Shown in pieces: positions 48,763 to 58,450 of a DNA stretch of 64,000 nucleotides. Source of the DNA: Candidatus Hydrogenedentota bacterium (GTDB lineage Bacteria > Hydrogenedentota > Hydrogenedentia > Hydrogenedentales > JAEUWI01); assembly GCA_034669905.1 (NCBI GenBank), contig JAXMOL010000022.1, positions 1 through 64,000 on the forward strand. The letters run 5' to 3'. The notes beneath the pieces were generated by a model. The model was not told the origin of the DNA. It worked only from the letters and a program-made list of their open reading frames with translations, and searched no databases. The translations under genes and the position numbers were made by a program. The first letter of the stretch is position 1. Each line of letters opens with the position of its first letter.

Positions 48763-50463
48763 CTAATCGTCTGCGCAGCCCGCACCAAGGCGGGCTTTGA
48801 GAAACTCGGATTTCAGAAGGTAACTGCCGTCGAAGGCGATCTCGTCGGAGGAAGCCAGTCCGCCAAGAACCTGAACCTGATCGCCTCGTTTTTGTCCCAG
48901 ACGTACGAGTCTGGTCTCGAATAGATCCTGGTCGAGACGGGCGAACACGATGGATTGGCCATCGACTTCTTGGACGGCGGATTCCGGCACGTGCAGACCC
49001 TGCATGGTGGTTCCCGATGTGAGGGACACTTCACCGAAAAGACCATCCTTCAACATACCATGTTGATTCGGCAATACAACGCGGGCCTCGAAAGTGCGGG
49101 TTCTGTGGTCGATGCTTGGAGCGATCCAGGAAATCTCGCCTTGGAACATCAGCCCCGGGTACGCATCAAATTGGGCATTGATCGTCTGGCCTTCCTCGAC
49201 CGACATCAATTGAGTCTCGGACATCGAGAGCTTCATCCATACCGTGGAGAGATCGGCCACATGAAACAACGGTGAACCGACCTCTACCGCCGTTCCTTTC
49301 ACAGCGAGCCTCTCTACGACTGTTCCGTCGAAGGGCGCGCGGACTTCCAGTCGGGAGCTGGTCGAACGTGTGCGGCGGACTTCATTGAGCTCCTCGGAGG
49401 TCAGCCCGAGATTGAGCAAGCGCTGGGCGGCAAAGTCAATCTCGCTCTCGGTCGTAGCGACCACCGACTGCGCCTCTTCTAGGTCCTTCCTCGCGGAAAT
49501 TTCGCGGGTATATAGATCCTTTTCCCGAGCATAGGTCTTCTGGGCGAGGGATGCTTCGGCCACGGCTTTGAGAAGTACACTCTTTGCTTCCGCCACGGCG
49601 GGAGAGTTTAGTGTCGCCAGGAGTTGTCCCGACGCCACTTCATCGCCTGCTTCCACGAGTACATCCATGATGACACCGCTTCCCAGGGGCGTTACGATGG
49701 CAAGCTGATTCCGGTTGTATGAAACCTCGCCCAACATCGTCTGCATCGCACTTGAGCCGCCTTCTTTGGGCCTTCCCAGCGAGACTCCCGCTTGGTCTAC
49801 CGAGGACGGATCCGCTAAACGGACTTTGAGTCCTGAACCAAAATCAAGATTGGCCAGCAATTGCGGCTGACAAATGCCGCACTCATTCTCGGCAACGTCA
49901 TGCTCATCGCACCAGAGCACCCTGGATTCACGGGTCTTCTCGAGCTGGCCCGCCTGACCGTGCTCTCCAGACTCATCGATCTCGTCATGGCGCTCGTCAG
50001 ACAGTGTTGCTGCGGACATTAAATCCGGGTGGCAGATGTAACACTCATCCTCGTAGCGATCATGCTCGCGGCACCACAGGCGTCCTGGCTCCCGTTGATC
50101 GGCGGGGAGGTTCAATGACGGAACATCGTCTATATCAAAAGATGCCGAGGTATCGTGGTCACCACTGTCGTGATGCCCATCTTCCTCGTAGATATCTGGG
50201 GCACCTGCCTTACTTCCCTCTGGACGCAAGTCGGGGTGACAGATATAACATTCGTCCTCGTAGCGGCTGTGTTCTGTACACCAGAGACGATCCGGGTCGC
50301 GCTCCTCAGGTGGGAGGTTCAATGACGGGACATCGTCATCTGAGGGAGGCGTGACGGCTGCTTCGCCTGCCCCACCGAATCCGGTCACAACGTAAACACC
50401 TGCAATGGCTATTGCGGTCAGAAATGCGAGAGAACCCGCAATTAGGGTGGTCTTGGTCTTCAT
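48763..50463 (-). CDS. czcB: CzcB/CusB-type membrane fusion protein with repeated Cys/His modules
   Basis: N-terminal TM, three LWCxEHxxxExECxIC modules and an MFP core (VRAPFDGTV, ADLSTVW, TRT, VPESAV). Confidence 0.88.
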   Translation of the reverse strand: MKTKTTLIAGSLAFLTAIAIAGVYVVTGFGGAGEAAVTPPSDDDVPSLNLPPEERDPDRLWCTEHSRYEDECYICHPDLRPEGSKAGAPDIYEEDGHHDSGDHDTSASFDIDDVPSLNLPADQREPGRLWCREHDRYEDECYICHPDLMSAATLSDERHDEIDESGEHGQAGQLEKTRESRVLWCDEHDVAENECGICQPQLLANLDFGSGLKVRLADPSSVDQAGVSLGRPKEGGSSAMQTMLGEVSYNRNQLAIVTPLGSGVIMDVLVEAGDEVASGQLLATLNSPAVAEAKSVLLKAVAEASLAQKTYAREKDLYTREISARKDLEEAQSVVATTESEIDFAAQRLLNLGLTSEELNEVRRTRSTSSRLEVRAPFDGTVVERLAVKGTAVEVGSPLFHVADLSTVWMKLSMSETQLMSVEEGQTINAQFDAYPGLMFQGEISWIAPSIDHRTRTFEARVVLPNQHGMLKDGLFGEVSLTSGTTMQGLHVPESAVQEVDGQSIVFARLDQDLFETRLVRLGQKRGDQVQVLGGLASSDEIAFDGSYLLKSEFLKARLGAGCADD

Positions 50464-50465
50464 GA

Positions 50466-51998
50466 TTATTCTTCCTCGACGGTTGGCGAGATGGCTCGCT
50501 CATCGTGGTTAATAGCTATGGCTGGGTCAGACATCACGTCCCAGACGGAATCATTGTTGAATATACCTGCACCGAGGGTCTGCTCCATTGCGGCGACGGC
50601 GGTGTGGTAGGCGATCTCGGCTTCGGTCGCTCTCAATCGCGCATCCACCAACTGCCGTTCAGCATCCAGTACGGTGACAAAATCGAACTTGCCGCTCCGA
50701 TAGCCGACTTGCGTGAGATCAAAGGTTTCCTGCATCTCCGGAATCACGGAGACTCGGAGCGATTCGGCGGCTTCCCGTGCACCCGAGGCGGCAGCATGAA
50801 ACGCTGTGACGCGGGCATCCAGGGAACGCTCGGTCGCACGCCGCTCGTAGGCTGTCTTTTGCACCTGGTACTCGGCCTCTTTGCGTGCCCCCTGATTGCG
50901 ATTGAAGATTGGAAGCGGTATTGAAATCTCGATGCTCAACGAATGTTCCCAATCGTCGTTCGAACCCCTACTTACTCGCGAAAGGGACAGCCCTTCAGCG
51001 CCAAGGCCGAATGATCGGCTTGATTCGCCGCCCAGCCCTTCGGCCCGATAGCCAAAGGTCAACTCCAAATCCGGGATGGCGCGCCGCTCCTCCAGTTGAA
51101 GGACAGCCTTCCGCCGGGCAAGTTCGTACTCCCACTGCCTTAGAATCGGATGATCTTGCTTCTTTTCGAGCAGCGCCTCAATTGCAGGCAGTTCAGGCAT
51201 GCTGGTCACATCGCCTTCGACCGCCTCGAATGCCGGCTCGTTTGATCCCCACATCGCCGCCAGCCGAATCTTGGCTTGGTGCACGACTTGCTCCCGGCGT
51301 CTCTGTTCGATGCGTAAAGATTCGACGGCGGTTCGTGCACGACGTCCCTCCAGCGGCGACGATTCCCCAGCCTCGACAAGCTCTTCGACTGTACTTGTCA
51401 GACGCTCTCCGAGCTCGACGAGTTCTCCAAACTGCCGGACTCCCTCCTGTGCCGCAAGCACGTCGTTGAACGCCACGACGACCTCGCCAATGACCCGATA
51501 ACGAGCCACCTCGTAGTCCCAGGCAGCGGCATCCTTGCCCCGTTGGGCGGCTTCAATCCGAGCCGAACGCTTGCCTCCGAGTTCGATGATCTGCGAGAGC
51601 CGAAGTGTAATCTCAGCCTGCCCGAACACGCTTCGCGATTCGGATTCCCGCTCGCGTTCGAGACCGAACGTGGGCGAACCATCAGCCGCGAGGCCCAGAC
51701 TTCTACTTGTACCGCCACTAACCGATGACCCACCCAGCGCGATGTTCTCCACTTCGAGTGAGAGTTCCGGATTGGGCCGAAGACCCGCCTGAATGATCCT
51801 GGCGTCGGCTATCCGGACGTCCCAGGGATATACCTCCAGGCCGGGATTGCCGAGAACGGCGGCTTCCATGGCATCGCTCAGCCGCAGGATGCCGGTCGGC
51901 TCAGGTGTCTCTGGCTGCACCGATTGCGCCAAAGTGCTTGAGGTAAGACTTAAAGCCATACCAAGATATGCAAAACTTTGGAAAAAACGAAGGGACAT
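50466..51998 (-). CDS. czcC: CzcC/TolC-family outer membrane factor
   Basis: NPGL, RPNPEL, LSQIIELGGKR, IPLPIFNRNQG and GYRSGK. Start ATG 51998 with AGGAGG SD. Confidence 0.88.
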   Translation of the reverse strand: MSLRFFQSFAYLGMALSLTSSTLAQSVQPETPEPTGILRLSDAMEAAVLGNPGLEVYPWDVRIADARIIQAGLRPNPELSLEVENIALGGSSVSGGTSRSLGLAADGSPTFGLERERESESRSVFGQAEITLRLSQIIELGGKRSARIEAAQRGKDAAAWDYEVARYRVIGEVVVAFNDVLAAQEGVRQFGELVELGERLTSTVEELVEAGESSPLEGRRARTAVESLRIEQRRREQVVHQAKIRLAAMWGSNEPAFEAVEGDVTSMPELPAIEALLEKKQDHPILRQWEYELARRKAVLQLEERRAIPDLELTFGYRAEGLGGESSRSFGLGAEGLSLSRVSRGSNDDWEHSLSIEISIPLPIFNRNQGARKEAEYQVQKTAYERRATERSLDARVTAFHAAASGAREAAESLRVSVIPEMQETFDLTQVGYRSGKFDFVTVLDAERQLVDARLRATEAEIAYHTAVAAMEQTLGAGIFNNDSVWDVMSDPAIAINHDERAISPTVEEE

Positions 51999-52073
51999 CG
52001 TCCCACCTCCTCTAGACGCATCCACAAATGGACACAGTTCTTCTGCCATTAAGGGGCTAAGAGGTGGGGGATA

Positions 52074-52475
52074 TCAGATGAGCAGGATAGTAGTGCCTAC
52101 GGAAGGCGCGGTAGGGAGCGGGCAGTTTGCGTGAACGGTGCTGACCCGCGAGGCGACCTCGCATCGCGATTCCGACACACCAAATTGGGACAATACGTGC
52201 AGCGGGTTTAGCGAGGGTGGATGCTCATTCGTGGAAGTCGGGGCTACCACAGCGCTCCTGGTCTCGGGCAACGGAACATCAATGCAGCATTGGTGGTCAC
52301 GCTCTACAGAAATGGCAACTCCTGCGGTGTACGATTCCACCGTACAGCAGTTATCCTGATCGTGGGCTTCGATGGCGATGTGCCCATCTTGGCCGATGCA
52401 TAGCACCATCCCGCTCGCCGTCCCCGCGAACGTGAGTAAGACCAAGAATACATTGTGTAAGATCAGACGAATCAT
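52074..52475 (-). CDS. Small exported Cys/His-rich protein (CzcI-like position)
   Basis: Signal-like N-terminus, VLCIGQDGHIAIE, two CC pairs and terminal TTILLI; first gene of the efflux operon. Confidence 0.65.
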   Translation of the reverse strand: MIRLILHNVFLVLLTFAGTASGMVLCIGQDGHIAIEAHDQDNCCTVESYTAGVAISVERDHQCCIDVPLPETRSAVVAPTSTNEHPPSLNPLHVLSQFGVSESRCEVASRVSTVHANCPLPTAPSVGTTILLI

Positions 52476-52504
52476 AGAAGTAACCAACTATTTTCCCTAA
52501 AATG

Positions 52505-52534
52505 AGCGTACAATATACCCTTTGGATTTGTCAA
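52505..52534 (-). promoter_or_regulatory. Sigma70 promoter of the efflux operon
   Basis: TTGACA-N18-TACGCT on the minus strand. Confidence 0.55.
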
Positions 52535-52599
52535 ACGACAGGGTAATCACAAATAGTTTTTGGGAAAACCAAGGAACAGTCGGCCAGGGGGCTTCGCCG

Positions 52600-52955
52600 C
52601 ACTTGGGAGCCACTGGCACCCATTCCGGCGGGCCGCCGGCGCTCCATAGGCTCGTCCACTGGGCGACGGACGGGACGGTATCGCGCACGAAGCCCCGGCG
52701 TAATCCAAGTCCGCGTCACTCCAGCCCACACGCCTGTCATCACCCCCACGATGCCAACGCGCGTTCCTGTACGGGTGGCCGTAGGCACGCCGATCACCAA
52801 TTCCATCACGAAATCCAGTTCGCAGCCCAGTCCCTTCCCCCGCCCCACCGGGACATGCAGCCGCCCGACGGACAATCGGGCAACCCCAGAGTCGAAAAAA
52901 GAGCGGCTATCGGCGCACACCCCAACAACGCTTCAGCCCTCTGCGGCAGAACGTC
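52600..52955. repeat. Diverged copy of the 44.2-45.5 kb repeat family
   Basis: Collinear blocks GGCGCTCCATAGGC, GGGACGGTATCGCGC, CAACGCGCGTTCCTGT, CCCACCGGGACATGCAGCCGCC and CTGCGGCAGAA. Confidence 0.8.
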
Positions 52956-53106
52956 CCTGCCACCCCCGTCGACACGCGCAGCCGGCGAATAGCAAGCAAG
53001 CCAGGAAGAGGTGGATTCGAAGCTCCCCCTAATACAAAATGGGGCTGACAATCGAGGCCGCCCGCCTCGATCATCAGCCGATTGACCCAATAAGCTATTG
53101 GAAACG

Positions 53107-53346
53107 TCAGGCTTCTTTTGCGCCGGCTTTTTTCACCAGAACCGCTTGCGGTCCTTTCGTGCCCTCCTTCAGCTGGTATTCCACATCCTCACCTTGACGC
53201 AACGTGCGAAATCCGTCCATATCGATAGCGGTATGGTGCACGAAAACATCGCTTGCTTCATCGCGGGCGATGAACCCGTACCCCTTTTGATCGCTGAACC
53301 ATTTGACCTTTCCGGATTTCAGTGTAGAGGCTTCTAAATCAGACAC
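53107..53346 (-). CDS. Cold-shock domain protein
   Basis: GKVKWF, KGYGFI and DVFVH. Upstream TTGACA-N18-TATGCT at 53447-53476. Confidence 0.93.
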   Translation of the reverse strand: MSDLEASTLKSGKVKWFSDQKGYGFIARDEASDVFVHHTAIDMDGFRTLRQGEDVEYQLKEGTKGPQAVLVKKAGAKEA

Positions 53347-53694
53347 GACCTCCTCCCTTCCTGTTGCTGCTTACTCCCATGTAAGTACTGCAAGTATTTC
53401 CCTTGAAAACACCTGTTACGACCTACAAACCTATTCCGCAAATTCCAGCATAGACAGGAAGTGTGGAATCTGTCAATAGAAATAGTTGTGTTGTACTAAA
53501 GCAAGACAGAAGGCTTGCAAATAATTTCCCTTATTTCAATAAAATCTAGCAAAAACCAGCCCAAAGGCGTCCAATTGAGCCAATCGGCCAAGGTGGCCGC
53601 TGCAGGACTCCGTCTGGCGAGGGCCGTAGTTGCGGCGGGATGCGTCAGGCCGTATACTTCCGCATGGATTGTACACAGACCAGGGAGTGAGCAT

Positions 53695-54657
53695 ATGCGG
53701 GTATTGGTAACCGGGGGTGCGGGTTTCATTGGATCACATCTGTGTGATGCACTGGTGAAACGGGGTGATCAGGTCACCGTCTTGGATGACCTGAGTACGG
53801 GACGCTTTGAAAACATCGAGCATCTGGACTCGGTCACCTGTGTGGTCGATACGACCATGAACCAGGAAATCGTCCGTGATCTGGTGCGTGAGGTGGACGT
53901 CATCTATCACCTGGCGGCCACGGTGGGCGTGCAGCTCGTGGTCGATCAACCCATCCACACCATCGTCAACAATATCCGCGGCACGGAAATCGTTCTGGAA
54001 GAAGCGTGTCGCTACCGCCGCAAGATTTTGCTCACGTCCACGAGTGAGGTCTATGGCAAGGGATCGCGGGAAATCTTCAACGAGGAAGATGATCGGGTCA
54101 TCGGCCCCACCCACAAGCACCGCTGGTGCTATGCGGCTTCCAAGGCCATTGACGAGTTTCTCGCGTTGGCCTACTGGCATGAAAAGCGACACCCGGTTGT
54201 GGTCGTGCGCCTTTTCAACACGGTGGGCCCCCGTCAGACGGGGCGCTACGGTATGGTCATCCCCAACCTGGTCTCTCAGGCGCTGGAAGGGCGCCCCCTG
54301 ACCGTCTTTGGCGATGGCACCCAGTCCCGGTGCTTTACCTATGTGGGCGATGTCGTGCCCGCACTGGTCACCCTGATGGACCGCAACGACCTCAACGGCG
54401 AAGTCTTCAATATCGGCAGCGACCACCGGGTCTCCATCACCGATCTGGCCCAGCAAATCATCACGCAGTGCGGCAGCCCATCGAAAATCACCTACATCCC
54501 CTATGACGAAGCCTACGGCGCCGGCTATGAAGATATGCAGCACCGTGCACCCTGCCTGGAAAAGATCAGCAAGGCCATCGGCTACGCGCCCACCACTGAC
54601 CTGTCCGCCATCCTTGATTCGGTCATCACCGAACAACGCCAGCGGGCAAGCCGTTAA
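53695..54657 (+). CDS. NAD-dependent nucleotide-sugar epimerase/dehydratase
   Basis: TGGAGFIG, TSEVYG, YAASK and RLFNTVGPRQ. Start ATG 53695. Confidence 0.9.
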   Translation: MRVLVTGGAGFIGSHLCDALVKRGDQVTVLDDLSTGRFENIEHLDSVTCVVDTTMNQEIVRDLVREVDVIYHLAATVGVQLVVDQPIHTIVNNIRGTEIVLEEACRYRRKILLTSTSEVYGKGSREIFNEEDDRVIGPTHKHRWCYAASKAIDEFLALAYWHEKRHPVVVVRLFNTVGPRQTGRYGMVIPNLVSQALEGRPLTVFGDGTQSRCFTYVGDVVPALVTLMDRNDLNGEVFNIGSDHRVSITDLAQQIITQCGSPSKITYIPYDEAYGAGYEDMQHRAPCLEKISKAIGYAPTTDLSAILDSVITEQRQRASR

Positions 54658-54669
54658 TGCCCTCCACCA

Positions 54670-56430
54670 TCAGTTGGCAGGTACGCGGATATCGTCCTTG
54701 GTGAACTCCGAATCCAGGTGAATCCAGGTCTTATCGATATCGACGGGGCCTGTCATCAGCAATTCGCTCGTGATATCGGCCGAGTAGATGGGGGCGCTCA
54801 GGGCCAGCACTTCCACGGGGCCATATCCCTTGTTGGGGTTGGTCGGCTGCCGAATGACGCGTACCCGATAGGAACTTTCGTATTCCGTCTGCTGGGGCGA
54901 GGCGAAGGAAAAGCGGTCGCTATCGACCACCTGGGTCAACACCGGGTAACCGTCGCGCAGTAACTGCACTTTGGCGCCTTGGGCGTTAAAGACGGTTACG
55001 TGAAAGGCCACCTCAATACGGAGCGGCACAGCGCCCCCCACACCCACGTCCATCTTATTGTCCACGAGGGCATCAGCACGAAAGTCGATTTCTACCCCGC
55101 CAATTTCGCTGCTGACGAAAGTACGTCCCATTCGCAATCCATGAAGAATACCTTCCAGCGACTTGTTCGGTGCTTTCACCCAGGTAACCGGGGCCCCCAT
55201 TGGCTTGCTGCGCTTGTCAATCATGCCCCCGGCAATGGGGCTACTTACCGCCCCCCGCCCAAGCTCATAGTCCCAGAAGAGTGCCGCCTGATCATTGGCG
55301 GAAACACTCACGTTCTTCCGCTTCGCGGCGGCGGCCGCTGCCTGGGTCTTATCGGATACCGCCGCTGCCGCTGCGATAGAACGCTTCAATTTGCCGTTCT
55401 CCCGGACTTTCTCGGCTTCAGAGAGGTCAGACAGGTGAAGCGGCGGTGCGGCCCGCCAGGGGCCGTTCCAGACCTGTACGGCATTCACAAAGCCAAGCCC
55501 CCAACGCCAGGGCGCTTCGGAAAAGCAGGGATGGGCGATGGCAAAGACACCTCCCTGACTCTGGATACGGATACACTCCGCCTGGGCCGCTTCCCGCGTC
55601 GTGGGCATGCCCGGCTCGGTGGCGGGGCCATAAATCAATCCAATCCCCTGTTCTCTGGTGCCCCAGGCCAACGCCGGGATCAGGACCACACTGTCCGACT
55701 TGAAACCCGGATCATAGTAAGCCTCCATGGTATTCAGGTCGGTAATCGCAAGGAAGTCGAGGCCCGCTTTCTCCGCACGGGCCACCAGCTCAGCCACCGT
55801 CTCCTCCCCACCCCCATAGGTGCTTACGGCATGCAGTTCGCCCTTGTACCATTTGTCCTCTTCGGAAAAAACCCGCTGATCAAAAACTATCGGACGATGT
55901 CCCGGGATACTGCGCGGATCCTCCGGGTCGGTCCCCACGATCAATTCGACCTTATCGATGGCCAGATCTTTATCGAGATCATAATCGTGCACGGTGAGTT
56001 TACCGCTGGCGCCTTCGAGCAGATTCACCAGCACATAGGACGTGTCCCCTTCGCTCACGGAGAGCTCCTGGGCATGCACCATGACGGGAACCTTTTCATC
56101 ATAGACATAGACGTAGGCGTAGTACGCGCCCACCCCCGGGTGTATGGTCTGGAGTCCCGGTGCAATCTCGAACGCCGTTTTCCGGAAGTCGCTGACGTCT
56201 TGAAGTTCCAGTCGGGAGGCCAGGCTGCGACCATTCACATCGGACACGTCGATTTCCACCGTGCCTTTTGCGGAGGACGACGGCGCGGTGGCCGGCTTCG
56301 GCGTTGGAATCGAAGTGCCCTGCTCCGCGGATTCTGACGTGGCCTCGCTTGAATCGGCCGACGGCGTGGTGGGTGTCGAAGCACATCCGGCTACCAACAG
56401 TATGATGAAACTACACAATCCGAGTCGCAT
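54670..56430 (-). CDS. Lipoprotein with CehA/McbA (PHP-like) metallohydrolase fold, degenerate metal site
   Basis: Lipobox VAGC, WYKGELH, GLDFLAITD, IAHP, GRTFVS and a Ca-binding-like DYDLDKD...GTDP segment. Confidence 0.75.
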   Translation of the reverse strand: MRLGLCSFIILLVAGCASTPTTPSADSSEATSESAEQGTSIPTPKPATAPSSSAKGTVEIDVSDVNGRSLASRLELQDVSDFRKTAFEIAPGLQTIHPGVGAYYAYVYVYDEKVPVMVHAQELSVSEGDTSYVLVNLLEGASGKLTVHDYDLDKDLAIDKVELIVGTDPEDPRSIPGHRPIVFDQRVFSEEDKWYKGELHAVSTYGGGEETVAELVARAEKAGLDFLAITDLNTMEAYYDPGFKSDSVVLIPALAWGTREQGIGLIYGPATEPGMPTTREAAQAECIRIQSQGGVFAIAHPCFSEAPWRWGLGFVNAVQVWNGPWRAAPPLHLSDLSEAEKVRENGKLKRSIAAAAAVSDKTQAAAAAAKRKNVSVSANDQAALFWDYELGRGAVSSPIAGGMIDKRSKPMGAPVTWVKAPNKSLEGILHGLRMGRTFVSSEIGGVEIDFRADALVDNKMDVGVGGAVPLRIEVAFHVTVFNAQGAKVQLLRDGYPVLTQVVDSDRFSFASPQQTEYESSYRVRVIRQPTNPNKGYGPVEVLALSAPIYSADITSELLMTGPVDIDKTWIHLDSEFTKDDIRVPAN

Positions 56431-56455
56431 TCGGTGCTCCTATCCTGAGATTTCA

Positions 56456-56635
56456 TGTGCCCATATACCCGCGTCGCAGGCGTCATGTCCCTGCGCTTCG
56501 AACCCGCTGCGTTCGTCCCATCCAGGCTTCCGCATTTCCGCGGACCTTCTCACGTCAACGTCTTACCCGGCGCACGGGTTGACCACGAAGCAACGTGGTT
56601 GAAGGGGTACTGCCTCCGCAGCAGCGCACGACACA
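56456..56635 (-). ncRNA. ssrS: Probable 6S RNA
   Basis: About 180 nt intergenic rod with paired termini. CAGTACCCCTTCAACC, GTCCGC...GCGGAAGCCT, GGGTTC and GCCTGCG occur in the order of the equivalent E. coli 6S blocks as recalled. Perfect TATAAT at 56646-56651. Confidence 0.6.
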
Positions 56636-56913
56636 ACAGAAGGCGATTATACCCTGTGGTGAATCAAACAACAACGGTCGCGCCTCCTTCCGGGAAGCGC
56701 CGGATTTCCCAAAAAAACATTTGCAGAAATGAACTTGCCATAAACTCCTTGTGCAGTTTAGAATACATAGGGAGCTGGTTCTTTATGTAATACTACAGTT
56801 CGGGGCGTTGTCGATAGTTCAGAATTCGTTTCCGACGGTTTGCACACGTTGTAGCTTGAGGAAATGAAACAAACGAGTGCACCGTACTTACTCCGGTGTA
56901 GAAAGCAGGTCCG

Positions 56914-57393
56914 ATGCCACGCCAAAAACACCAATCCAGCGAAGAAATGCTTCAGATGCTCTCCAGCATCGATATCCACAGCAACGTTGCCGTGTATCTG
57001 CAGATTGAAAATCATGTTCAATTTGCGATTACCGCCGGCCGTCTCACCGCCGGAGAACAGCTCCCCTCCGTCCGTGAGTTGTCCGAACGGCTCGACGTCA
57101 ATCCCAACACGGTGGCCAAAGCCTATCGCGATCTGGAAGTCATGGGATTGCTCTATACCCGCCGTGGAAAAGGCGTGTTCGTAAAAGACGGCATCGAGAA
57201 GAAATGCCGTGAGGATTGTATGGACCGTATCGTGGCCCGCATCCATGAAGTCATGGTCGAAGCCCGGGTGGCCGGCATGAACCCCAAGGTGGTCAATGAA
57301 ATTGTGGCCAAGTGCCTGGCCAACGGTGCCAGCCCCTATGCCCCCCCGCCCGCCTCCCTGTTGAAAATGGCCCGAAAAGCGACCCGCAAATAA
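56914..57393 (+). CDS. GntR-family (YtrA-type) regulator
   Basis: VYLQI, LPSVRELS, VNPNTVAKAYRDLE and RGKGVFV. Confidence 0.92.
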   Translation: MPRQKHQSSEEMLQMLSSIDIHSNVAVYLQIENHVQFAITAGRLTAGEQLPSVRELSERLDVNPNTVAKAYRDLEVMGLLYTRRGKGVFVKDGIEKKCREDCMDRIVARIHEVMVEARVAGMNPKVVNEIVAKCLANGASPYAPPPASLLKMARKATRK

Positions 57394-57419
57394 CCCCCTG
57401 CCTCCCACCTGATTTCTTG

Positions 57420-57452
57420 CCGTTGCTGCGACTGCAGCAGCGGTCTTTTTTT
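57420..57452 (+). terminator. Intrinsic terminator
   Basis: CCGTTGCTGC...GCAGCAGCGG followed by TCTTTTTTT. Confidence 0.7.
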
Positions 57453-57691
57453 GCTGTCAACTTTAGACCCCTGTGCATCGTTATATCGGTAGATGGCAAC
57501 ACAATGATCCATTGCGTCCTATCCGGCTCCGACCATGAAGGCCCCCCACGGGTCTAAGGCCTTGTATTCTGGGCCTGTCATACCGGACTGACGAAAATGT
57601 ACAACAAACTGTCAGTCCCCTTAACCCCATATATGCCAAGGATTTCCCATCGCCCCCCATGGCACATCGACAGAAATTTAACACATAACTC

Positions 57692-57720
57692 TTGACATTC
57701 CTGTTTAATTCATGTACACT
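57692..57720 (+). promoter_or_regulatory. Near-consensus sigma70 promoter
   Basis: TTGACA-N17-TACACT. Confidence 0.7.
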
Positions 57721-57904
57721 GAGGGTGTAATTCTTGGGAAAGTATTAACTGCGGACTTGCCGGATTCCCCGGCACCTTGCGATTCGTTTCGTCTCGCGGA
57801 CGTAACAATTCAGACCTCATACGTTCTTATTTGCCTTCGAAAGTCATGTGGACGTTCGAAGACCTGACGAGCGCAAGTCAAACTCATGTGGAGGTGCGAA
57901 ACAT

Positions 57905-58429
57905 ATGAGTACGGAAACACATCTTGGAACGGAAGTAGAAGTTAGTGAAGGCCCGGGTCGTCTGACCCACGGGGCCAAAGTGAAACGTGGCCAGCTCACT
58001 TCGGTGCAGCAGGGCCGCTATGGAACAGGTCCCGCCCCCTATGGCTACCGGCGCGGACTGGAAGGCGAAAAGCCCCTGGTCGTAGACGATCGGGAAGCCG
58101 AAGTGGTACGCCTTATTTTCCGCGAATACCTGGTAACCCGGAGCACCGGGAAAGTGGTGAACTATCTCCACAGCAAGAACATTTTTACCCGCAAGGGGAA
58201 CAAATGGTCCCGTCAGGCGATTGCAATCATCCTCTCCAACCGGACCTATCGCGGTCGCGTCAGCTATGGCGATTTGGAGACGGAAGGCCTGCATGAGCCC
58301 ATCATCGAGCCGGCCCTCTTTTACAAGGCCAATGCCCTCAAGGAACGCAAACGGCGTCAGTCGAAAGACCAATTGCCCATGGCGTCTGCCCCGAAGAAGC
58401 CGGGGAATTTCCGATGGGTCGCTCCCTGA
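57905..58429 (+). CDS. Stand-alone serine-recombinase DNA-binding (Recombinase) domain protein
   Basis: APYGY, EAEVVRLIF, KWSRQAIAIILSNRTYRG and HEPII. GGAGGT SD. No resolvase catalytic domain upstream. Confidence 0.8.
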   Translation: MSTETHLGTEVEVSEGPGRLTHGAKVKRGQLTSVQQGRYGTGPAPYGYRRGLEGEKPLVVDDREAEVVRLIFREYLVTRSTGKVVNYLHSKNIFTRKGNKWSRQAIAIILSNRTYRGRVSYGDLETEGLHEPIIEPALFYKANALKERKRRQSKDQLPMASAPKKPGNFRWVAP

Positions 58430-58450
58430 CCTGAAGCTCCCAGCATTACG

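Noticed and set aside
54979..56337. 452-aa plus-strand ORF and similar long antisense ORFs (237-1118, 10976-12169, 42863-44245, 62171-63238)
   Set aside because: They are shadow frames of well-supported genes on the opposite strand, common in GC-rich DNA.
56490..56520. tRNA suggested by GGGTTCGAA on the minus strand
   Set aside because: No cloverleaf, D arm or acceptor stem could be built. The segment fits a long 6S-like rod better.
57848..58429. Functional integrase or prophage boundary
   Set aside because: There is no catalytic serine domain, no att-like repeats and no phage genes around it.
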